Shown piece by piece: positions 23,085 to 30,793 of a stretch of 64,000 nt of DNA (positions are counted from its first letter, which is position 1; each line of letters starts with the position of its first letter). The position numbers were made by a program, and so were the translations under genes. Under the pieces are notes generated by a model. It did not search any database. It was not told the origin of the DNA and saw only the letters and a program-made list of their open reading frames with translations. Where the stretch lies: NCBI GenBank assembly GCA_016707895.1, contig JADJGV010000002.1:527695-591694 (forward strand), in the 5' to 3' direction. This stretch comes from Myxococcales bacterium (GTDB lineage Bacteria > Myxococcota_A > Polyangia > Haliangiales > Haliangiaceae).

Positions 23085-24193
23085 TTCACGACCCCCTTCA
23101 GGTACTCGACGAGCTGGAACGGCGTCATCGCGCCGACCGACGCGCCGGCACGCACCATGCGCTGGCCCAGCTCACGATCGTAGGTCGGCGTCGCGGTCGC
23201 GTCGAGCGCGGCCAGGGTCACGAACCGCACGCCCTGGGCCACCAGCCGGCGCGTGGTGCGGACCAGATCGTCGGGGCTGCCGCCCTCGTAGAGGTCGGTG
23301 ATCAGCACGATCATCGTCCGCGCCGGGTTCTCGACCAGGCCCTCGGCGTAGCGCACCGCGCGGGCGATGTCGGTGCCGCCGCCGAGCTGCACCTTCATCA
23401 GCGTCTCGACCGGGTCGGCGAGGTGCGTGCTCAGGTCGACGACCTCGGTGTCGAACGCGATCAGGTGGAGCTTGATCGCCGGCAGGCCGCACAGGCACGC
23501 GGCGGTGACCGCGGCGTGGATCACCGAGCCCACCATGCTGCCCGACTGGTCGACCGCGACGATGATCTGCCACTGCTCGCCGTGGCGGCGTTGCCGGCTC
23601 CAGAACAGCGGCCGCTCGATCACCAGCTGGCGCCGCGCCGGCACCCAGTGGCCGAGGTTGGCGCGGATGGTGCCGCGCGGGTCGAAGTTGCGCATCGTGC
23701 GGTGCGACGAGCGCCGCCGCTGGCGACTGCCGGCGAAGGTCGAGCGCACCTGGGTGGCCAGCGCCTCGATCAGCCGCGCCACCACCTTGCGCACCAGCTC
23801 GCGCGCCAGCCCCAGCACCTCGGCGCTCATCAGGTGCTTGGTCAGGAGCACCGCGCGCAGCAGCGTCTCCGACGGCTCGATGCGCGCCAGCACGTCCTTG
23901 TTGGTCACCACCTCGTGCAGCCCGAACTCCTCGACGGCGTCGCGCTCGAGGCGCTCGATGGTCTCGCGCGGGAACAGCGCGTGGATCTGGTTGATCCACT
24001 CGGGCACCGCCAGCGTCGACGGCGATAGATCGGCGCCGCGCTCGTCGCGCTCGCCGAGCGCCGCGTCGCGACCGTACAGCCAGTCGAGCGCCGCGTCGCG
24101 CGCCAGGTCGGACGCGTCGACGCCGCCCGGGCCGTCGAGCTCGGCGGCCGCGGCCTTGCCCAGCACCAGCCGCCACCGCACCAGCGGGTTCAC
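23081..24193 (-). CDS. VWA domain protein, CoxE family (YehP-like)
   Basis: MIDAS-type motifs are present: ...IIVAVDQSGSMVG..., ...GGGTDIARAV..., ...LITDLYEGG... The GTGA start/stop overlaps with the upstream gene. Confidence 0.8.
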   Translation of the reverse strand: MNPLVRWRLVLGKAAAAELDGPGGVDASDLARDAALDWLYGRDAALGERDERGADLSPSTLAVPEWINQIHALFPRETIERLERDAVEEFGLHEVVTNKDVLARIEPSETLLRAVLLTKHLMSAEVLGLARELVRKVVARLIEALATQVRSTFAGSRQRRRSSHRTMRNFDPRGTIRANLGHWVPARRQLVIERPLFWSRQRRHGEQWQIIVAVDQSGSMVGSVIHAAVTAACLCGLPAIKLHLIAFDTEVVDLSTHLADPVETLMKVQLGGGTDIARAVRYAEGLVENPARTMIVLITDLYEGGSPDDLVRTTRRLVAQGVRFVTLAALDATATPTYDRELGQRMVRAGASVGAMTPFQLVEYLKGVVK

Positions 24194-26505
24194 GGCGCCA
24201 CCCCCACGGCACCGACCCGCGCCGCGACCGCCACCAGCGCGGCCTCGAACGCGACGCCCGCGGCGACCGCGGCCGGCTCGGCGGTGGCGGCCAGCACGGT
24301 GCCCGCGTCGCGATCACCGACCAGCGCGCGGGCGATGCCGCGGCGCTCCTGCGGCGTGAACTGCGCGAACGCGCGGCGCAGCTGCGGCAAGGCGATCAGG
24401 AACTCGCCGTCACCGGCGTCGCGCAGCCGCGCATCGACGGCCCCGAGGATCGGCGAGGTCGCGAACTCGTGGCGAGCCAGCGCGATCACGCCGCCGAGGA
24501 AGTCTCCCAGCGCCGCCAGCGGCAGCGCCGGCACCAGCGCGTCGGCCCGCGCCGCCACCGCGACCGCGCCGTCGGCGTCGGCCCGCGACCACAGCGCGCC
24601 CAGCGCGGCGCCGCGCACCGCCGGTGGCGCGTCGGCGGCCTCGACCCGGCGGTGCAGCGCCGCGTCGACGCGCTCGGCGACCAGCGCGTGGTCGGGCAGC
24701 TCGAACTCGAGCGCCGCCCGGATCGCGACGACGCCGTCGACCACCGCCGCGTCGAGGGCCGCGGTCGGCCCGGTCAGCCCCTCGAGCAGCCACAGCGCGC
24801 GGTCGAGCACCTGCCCGAGCAGCCCGGCCAGGCCGCGCGCCGGGTCGGCGACGTGCAGCGCCGCCAGCCGCGCCAGCGCCGCGCCCGCGGCGGCGAACAG
24901 CGGCTCGCGCGCGATGGCGTCGGCCGCGCGCTCGCGGAGCTGGTCGACCACCGCGCCGTAGCCGGCGTGCAGCGCGTCCTCCATCGCCGCCGCGAGCTCG
25001 GCGACGCCGGTCAGCTCCTGCAGGTGGCGGTACACCCGCGCCAGCGCCGCCGCGGCCAGCGTCGCGCCCCACACCGCGCACTCGATGATCGCGCCGGCGG
25101 TGCGGTCGTCCTCGACCAGCTGCCACACCTCGACCGGCTGGGTGCGGCCGCGCCGCAGGTCGGCGCGCTGCACGCGCTGCACGCCAGGGACACCCAGCCA
25201 GCGCAGCCGGTACAGCACGCGGCGCCGCGCCGCCGCGTCGGGCGCGAAGATGTCGATGCGGATCGGCGTCGGGGTCTGGGTGAACGCCAGCCCGACCGCG
25301 GCCAGCTCGGCGGCCAGGTCGGCGACCAGCGGCGGCTGCGGCGTGCCCGGCGCCAGCGCGCCCGCGCGATCGCCCGAGAACGCCGCGACGATCTCGACCA
25401 GGTACGGATCGGTGCCGCGGGCCAGCACCGTGCGCGCCGACCACGGCACCGGCGTCCGCAGCGCGTCCTTGATCAGCGCCGCGGCCAGCCCGTCGAGCAC
25501 GTCGCAGCGGGTCGGCGCCGCGTGGCCGCGCAGCCGGGCCAGTCCGTGGCTCAGCTCGACGGCGGCGATCGCGTCGGCGGTCGACACCCGCTGGCCGCGG
25601 CCGCGCAGCCGCGTCACCGCCGCCATCGCCATGGTCTCCGGCGCGCCGGCCGGGTCGTCCCACAGCGCCTGGTAGAACGCCGGCGACGGCATGCCCGAGG
25701 CGTAGCCGGTGAAGCTGTCGAGGCGGAAGAACGAGAACGGCACCAGGTAGCTGCCGGTGCGCGCCAGCGCGGGCGGCGGCGGCTCGACGCGCGGCGGCGC
25801 CGGCGGAGGGGGGCGACCCGCGACCAGCCGCTCGAGCGCCGCTTGATGGAAGCCGCCGCACACCACGACCACGGCGCCGCCGCCGCCAGCGTCGGCCTCG
25901 GCCAGCGCCCAGGCGATGCCGTCAGCCATGAAGTCCTCGCGCGCGCGATCGGCCTCGCTGGCCACCTGCTCACCGCGCAGCGCGGCGAAGTACGCGCCCA
26001 GCCGCGCGCCCAGCGTCGCGTCGTCGCCGGGCTGCTCGAACAGGTGATCCCACAGCGCGTCGGTCGAGTCGAAGCCGTGGCGGTGCGCGGCGTCGCGCAA
26101 GGCCGCGCCGACCTGGTGGTCGCGGTCGCCGTAGCGGTTGGCCATCGTCGCGAACGCCGGGTGCCAGCCGGGCAGATCGATGAACGCGACCCGCGCGCCG
26201 ATCGCCGCGCCGTCGTGGAGCGCCACCCACTCCGGCGAGTACGCGCAGAACGGCGACCACCCGGCCTGGGCGACCACGCCGCTGCCGGCCACGGCGTCGG
26301 GATCGCCGTCGTGGGCCGGCAGGCAGTAGCTGTAGATCGCCACCGGCAGCTGGTGCGGCAGCGCCAGCTCGGCGAGCCGCGGCGTCATGTCGCTCGGCCC
26401 CTCGATCAGGACCGCCGCCGGCCGCTCCTCGGCGATCACCGCACGCACCAGCCGGGCACAGGCCGGGCTGTGGTGACGCACCCCAACGACGCGCAGCCGG
26501 GCCAT
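24190..26505 (-). CDS. Large conserved hypothetical protein, DUF5682-like (YehM-like)
   Basis: The real start MARLRVVGVRHH lies 2 nt after the TGA of the MoxR gene. The first 243 residues of track ORF 24190..27234 are an overlapping-frame artefact. The family call is made from memory of the yehLMPQ neighbourhood. Confidence 0.5.
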   Translation of the reverse strand: MARLRVVGVRHHSPACARLVRAVIAEERPAAVLIEGPSDMTPRLAELALPHQLPVAIYSYCLPAHDGDPDAVAGSGVVAQAGWSPFCAYSPEWVALHDGAAIGARVAFIDLPGWHPAFATMANRYGDRDHQVGAALRDAAHRHGFDSTDALWDHLFEQPGDDATLGARLGAYFAALRGEQVASEADRAREDFMADGIAWALAEADAGGGGAVVVVCGGFHQAALERLVAGRPPPPAPPRVEPPPPALARTGSYLVPFSFFRLDSFTGYASGMPSPAFYQALWDDPAGAPETMAMAAVTRLRGRGQRVSTADAIAAVELSHGLARLRGHAAPTRCDVLDGLAAALIKDALRTPVPWSARTVLARGTDPYLVEIVAAFSGDRAGALAPGTPQPPLVADLAAELAAVGLAFTQTPTPIRIDIFAPDAAARRRVLYRLRWLGVPGVQRVQRADLRRGRTQPVEVWQLVEDDRTAGAIIECAVWGATLAAAALARVYRHLQELTGVAELAAAMEDALHAGYGAVVDQLRERAADAIAREPLFAAAGAALARLAALHVADPARGLAGLLGQVLDRALWLLEGLTGPTAALDAAVVDGVVAIRAALEFELPDHALVAERVDAALHRRVEAADAPPAVRGAALGALWSRADADGAVAVAARADALVPALPLAALGDFLGGVIALARHEFATSPILGAVDARLRDAGDGEFLIALPQLRRAFAQFTPQERRGIARALVGDRDAGTVLAATAEPAAVAAGVAFEAALVAVAARVGAVGVAP

Positions 26506-26507
26506 GA

Positions 26508-27647
26508 TCAGGCGGGCAGCGCGTGGCGCGCGGCGTAGAAGTCTTGCCAGTGCTGGCCCTTGCGCTTGGCCACGCGCTGCTCGAAGTAGCGCCGCAAGAG
26601 CGCCACGTCGTTCTTGTCGGTCTTGATCGCGGCGCCGACCAGGCACTCGACCAGATCGGCCGGCGTCGCCGGCGCGCCCTGCAGGTAGTGGCTGCGCAGG
26701 CTCACCGCCTGGGCCACCGACACCGCCTCGGCGGTCGACATCGCCGTCGACAGCCGCTCGATCGCCTGGCCGTCCTCGGTGCGGCCGTCGCGCAGCTCGC
26801 GGAAGGTGGTGACCAGCAGCTCGAGGATCTGTTCGCCGGGCATCGTCGGCACGCCGCTCCGCTCGAGGTGGCGCTGGGTCTCGCTCCGCACCAGCGCCAG
26901 CTCGACCGCGTAGTCGGCGATCGGGAACACGGTCTCGAAGTTGAAGCGGCGCTTGAGCGCGGCGCTCATCTCGTTGACGCCGAGGTCGCGGGTGTTGGCG
27001 GTGGCGATGACGTTGAACCCGACCTTGGCGAACAGCTGCTTGCCGTCCTCGAGCTCGGGGATCGCCATCACCCGATCCGACAGCGCGGCCAGGAGCAGGT
27101 CCTGGACCTCGAGCGGGCACCGCGTGATCTCCTCGAACCGCACGATCGTGCCGTCGCGCATGCCCTGGTACAGCGGCGCCGGCACCAGCGATCGCAGCGT
27201 CGGCCCCTCGGCCAGGAGCAGCGCGTAGTTCCACGAGTACTTGATCTGATCCTCGCTGGTGCCGGCGCTGCCCTGGATGGTCAGCGTCGACTGCCCGCAG
27301 ATCGCCGCCGCCAGCAGCTCGGACAGGAGCGACTTCGCGGTGCCCGGCTCGCCGATCAGCATGAGGCCGCGGTTCGACGACAGCGCGATCATCGCGCGGT
27401 CGACCAGCGACGGGTGGCCGACGAACTTCTTGCGGATGCCGCGCGCCTCGTCGCCGAGGATGAACGTGCGCGCCGCGCGCGGCGACAGCCGCCAGCCCGG
27501 CGGGCGCGGGAAGGTGTCGCTGGCGCGCAGCGCCTCCAGCTCGGCGGCGTACAGCACCTCGGCCGGCGGCCGCTGGGTCTCGGTGGCCGGCCCGGGCTCG
27601 GCGGCGGTCGACGCGGCGGCCGTCGCGGGCTTGCTCGGCTTCTTCAC
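26508..27647 (-). CDS. MoxR-type AAA+ ATPase (AAA_5; CoxD/YehL-like)
   Basis: Walker A LMLIGEPGTAKS, MoxR-type motifs ...NVIATANTRDLG...LKRRF... GTG start (27645-27647) overlaps the TGA of the WGR gene, with GGGAG 9 nt upstream. Confidence 0.85.
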   Translation of the reverse strand: MKKPSKPATAAASTAAEPGPATETQRPPAEVLYAAELEALRASDTFPRPPGWRLSPRAARTFILGDEARGIRKKFVGHPSLVDRAMIALSSNRGLMLIGEPGTAKSLLSELLAAAICGQSTLTIQGSAGTSEDQIKYSWNYALLLAEGPTLRSLVPAPLYQGMRDGTIVRFEEITRCPLEVQDLLLAALSDRVMAIPELEDGKQLFAKVGFNVIATANTRDLGVNEMSAALKRRFNFETVFPIADYAVELALVRSETQRHLERSGVPTMPGEQILELLVTTFRELRDGRTEDGQAIERLSTAMSTAEAVSVAQAVSLRSHYLQGAPATPADLVECLVGAAIKTDKNDVALLRRYFEQRVAKRKGQHWQDFYAARHALPA

Positions 27648-30600
27648 GACGCCGCTCCCAGGCTCTCGAGGTCCCGGATGACCTCGCTCACGACGACCGC
27701 GGGCAGCGACCCGAGCGGCACCGCGTCCGCGCGGATCTCGCCCCACTCGCGACGGCTGGCGGCGACGTCGACGGTCTCGAGCGTCTGCACCGGGTCGACG
27801 TAGTCCATGCCGCCGGCGTTGAGCCCGTCGTGCATGCTGATCGCGGCCGACAGCCCGCCCTCGAGCGGCTTGTACAGGTTGTAGATGCCGCCGGCGTCCT
27901 GGGCCGGGCCCTTGAACCAGCCGCGGCTGAGCAGGCCGAGCAGCTTCTTGGTCTCGACCTTCTTGCCGTCGTAGCGCGTGAGCGCGTTGGCCGCGCGCTC
28001 GGCGTCGTTCAGCCGGAACACCTCACGACCGAGCTGCGCGAACGGCACCTCGAGCTCGTAGTCGCCGAACACCCGGGTCCAGGCTTGCTCGTCGGCTTCG
28101 GTCAGGTGCAGGCGGTGGGCGATGCCGACCCGGGCGTCGTCGGTCATCGCGAACGCGTCGTCGTGGCGGTCGGCGTAGCTGCGATCCTCGGCGACGCGGA
28201 AGGTCGTCGTCGGTTGGTCGCCGTCGTAGACCGCCCACACCAGCCGCTTGACCACGTGGAAGAGCAGCGGGTGCTCGACGAAGAACGCCCGGAACTCCTC
28301 GCCTGACCAGCGCCGCGCGTTGCCCATCGCCAGCTCCAGCCGCGTCAGCTGGATCGACGCCACCGCGCGGGCGTCCTTCTTCATCGCCTTCCAGGTGTCG
28401 GTGGCCTCGGCGGCCAGCGCCGCGTCGTCCTTGCTGTTGGGCTTGGGCAGGTCCTTCAGGCGGGTGCCGGCGGCGTCCATCACGAACGGGGCCAGCGTCT
28501 CGTCGAAGCCGACCCGGAACGAGCGCGGGCCGAAGTCGAGGGTCTTCGAGCCGTCGTCCTCGAGGTCGAGGTCGGGCACCAGCCGATCGGCCAGCTGCTC
28601 GGCGGTGATGCCGCGCAGCTCGGCGATCTCGCGCATCTTGTCGCGCGCGCGCTCCTGCAGGCCCTTGAACTTCAGCTTCTGGGCGATGCCGTTGAGCATC
28701 ATCAGCGCGACGTCCGAGCCGATCTGCCCGAGCACGTCGAGGCCCAGCGTCGCGCGCGCGTGCTGCGACTCGCCTGGCCAGGCGCGGATCAGCGGCGTCA
28801 ACCGGCGCGCGGTCTCGTCGTTGCCGAGCGCGCCCAGCCCGGTGAACGCCCACTTCTCCTTGGGCGGTGCCCCGCCTTGCAGCCACAGCTGGAACAGCTC
28901 CCAGCCGAACTGCGCCAGCGCCTTGCGATCGGCGGCGTCGCGCAGCTCGCGCAGGCCGGCGGCGTCATCGGCGCGCAGCGCCACCACCAGCGCGCCCAGG
29001 TGCGGCGACGGCACGGCCTTGCCGCTGGCCAGCGTCAGCGGCGGCAAGAGCTCGACGTTCCAGAACTCGGGGAACTTGGTCTTGGCCGGCGCTGGCGCCC
29101 GCAGCGCCGCGGGCAGCGCCGCCGGATCGGCGTAGTCGACCTGGGCCGGCCCCGTCACCAGGCGCTCGAGCTGTGGGATCAGCTCGCGGGCCCAGGCGGC
29201 CTTGCCGTGGGCGCGCACCAGCGGCAGGGCGGCGTGCGGATCAGCGAGCAGGCATTCGCGGGCGATCGGCCGCGCGTCCTCGTCGCGCGACACCTGGCGA
29301 TCACCGACCGCGATGAACACCGCGACCGCGGTCGCCTGCACCTCGGCGTGGCCGCTGATCGAGCGCATCACCTCGAGCGCGCGGCGCAGCTCGGCGACCT
29401 GCTGGCCCAGGTAGTACTGCGCGTTGTCCAGGTGCCGGGCCACTTGCACGATGCGCGCCGTCAGCGGCGTCACCGCGTCGGCGCCGAACCGGGCCAGCAG
29501 CGACGCGTCGATGCCGGGGCTGGCGTAGCCGTGCCACCGCGCGACGTGCTCGGGCTGGCGGTCGAAGGTGCGCGCGTCGTCGGCGCTGAGCCCGCCCAGG
29601 TACGCGGCCACGTCGTCGGGCCGGCTCGCCGCCAGGATCGCGTGCGGCGACAGGACTGCGCGCTCGCGGTTGGCGCGCGCGTCGGCCAGGTCCTGGTCGA
29701 TCCACGCCGGGATCAGCAGCGCCGAGGCCAGCGCCGACCGGACGATCGGCGAGCCGGTGGCGCGCAGCGCCTCGGCCCGGGCCCGAGCCTCGGCCTGCCC
29801 GGCGGCGTCGAGGCGCAGCCAGTGGCCGTGCAGGACCAGGTCGCTGCGGTGGTGCAGGTAGCTCTCCAGCGACCGGTCGGGCACCGGCAGGAGCCGCCGC
29901 GCCTCGCGCTCGTCGACCAGCTCCCGGTCGCCCTGCGTCGCGGCGAACACCTCGAGCGCGAAGCCCAGCCCGCCCAGCGCCACCAGCAGGTCGATCACGC
30001 GCGCGTGGGCGTCGGTGGCGCGGTACTGCGGCACGCCGACCAGCTGCAGGATCGCCGCCGCGGTCTCGACGTCGGGGCGGCGCAGCGGCCCGTCGCTGCC
30101 GAGCGCCGTCACCACGCGCTGCGCGAGGTCGCGCGACGTCGCGTCGCCGCCTTGCAGGCCGGCGGCGATCGCCGCCTTGGCGTCGCGGTAGCCGGCGCGG
30201 ACCGGCTGCGATGCCGCCGACACCGACGGGCATGGCCGCGGCGCGATCACCAGCTCGCGCTGCTCGTGCGCCAGGTGCCGCTTGGCCACGTCGGTCCAGG
30301 CGACGGCGACCGCGCCGGTAGTGCGCGGCGCGGCGGCCGGCGGCGCGGGTGTGGCCGGGGAGGGCGCGGGCGGCGCGGCCTTGGCGGGTGGCGCGGCCTT
30401 GGCGGGCGGGGCGGCCTTGGCGGGCGGCGTTGCCGGGGTCACCCGCGGCGTCGCGCCGACCGGCGCCGGGGTCGCGCCGCCGCCGACCAGCGCGTACCCC
30501 TTCTTCACCTTCTCGGCGATCAGCTTGTCGTACTCCTGCCGCGCCTTGTCGTCCGACGGGAACGCCTTGGTCGTCGCCTGGCCGGCGGTGCCGATCTTGC

Positions 30601-30685
30601 CCCACGTGGTCGTGAAGCTCGATCCGCTCAGCTGGATGTCCCAGAACTTGTTCGACGTCCCCTCCGAGAACTCGTAGCGCGGCAT
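27644..30685 (-). CDS. WGR-domain + DUF4132-like large protein (MolR/YehI-like)
   Basis: N-terminal WGR domain (MPRYEFSEGTSNKFWDIQLSGSSFTTTWGKIGTAGQ), then a PAKAAP x3 linker, long helical repeats, and a C-terminal DUF4132-like region. The ATG at 30685 is preferred over the upstream TTG at 30721. Confidence 0.7.
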   Translation of the reverse strand: MPRYEFSEGTSNKFWDIQLSGSSFTTTWGKIGTAGQATTKAFPSDDKARQEYDKLIAEKVKKGYALVGGGATPAPVGATPRVTPATPPAKAAPPAKAAPPAKAAPPAPSPATPAPPAAAPRTTGAVAVAWTDVAKRHLAHEQRELVIAPRPCPSVSAASQPVRAGYRDAKAAIAAGLQGGDATSRDLAQRVVTALGSDGPLRRPDVETAAAILQLVGVPQYRATDAHARVIDLLVALGGLGFALEVFAATQGDRELVDEREARRLLPVPDRSLESYLHHRSDLVLHGHWLRLDAAGQAEARARAEALRATGSPIVRSALASALLIPAWIDQDLADARANRERAVLSPHAILAASRPDDVAAYLGGLSADDARTFDRQPEHVARWHGYASPGIDASLLARFGADAVTPLTARIVQVARHLDNAQYYLGQQVAELRRALEVMRSISGHAEVQATAVAVFIAVGDRQVSRDEDARPIARECLLADPHAALPLVRAHGKAAWARELIPQLERLVTGPAQVDYADPAALPAALRAPAPAKTKFPEFWNVELLPPLTLASGKAVPSPHLGALVVALRADDAAGLRELRDAADRKALAQFGWELFQLWLQGGAPPKEKWAFTGLGALGNDETARRLTPLIRAWPGESQHARATLGLDVLGQIGSDVALMMLNGIAQKLKFKGLQERARDKMREIAELRGITAEQLADRLVPDLDLEDDGSKTLDFGPRSFRVGFDETLAPFVMDAAGTRLKDLPKPNSKDDAALAAEATDTWKAMKKDARAVASIQLTRLELAMGNARRWSGEEFRAFFVEHPLLFHVVKRLVWAVYDGDQPTTTFRVAEDRSYADRHDDAFAMTDDARVGIAHRLHLTEADEQAWTRVFGDYELEVPFAQLGREVFRLNDAERAANALTRYDGKKVETKKLLGLLSRGWFKGPAQDAGGIYNLYKPLEGGLSAAISMHDGLNAGGMDYVDPVQTLETVDVAASRREWGEIRADAVPLGSLPAVVVSEVIRDLESLGAAS

Positions 30686-30740
30686 CGGTCCGACGGTACC
30701 GAACGCCCGCGCGGCCAGCAATCGCCGGGCCGCGCCGTCA

Positions 30741-30793
30741 CGTGCCCGCGGTCACGGCGTCAGCTGCGCGGGGTCGCCGTTGGCGCCGGCGCT
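30741..30793. repeat. 53-bp perfect direct repeat, copy B (3' end of MVP gene + stop + 11 nt)
   Basis: Identical to 21121..21173. Confidence 0.7.

Noticed and set aside
24190-27234. N-terminal 243 residues of the 1014-aa ORF
   Set aside because: This part overlaps the MoxR gene in another frame with R-rich junk composition. The real start is MARLRVV, 2 nt after the MoxR stop.
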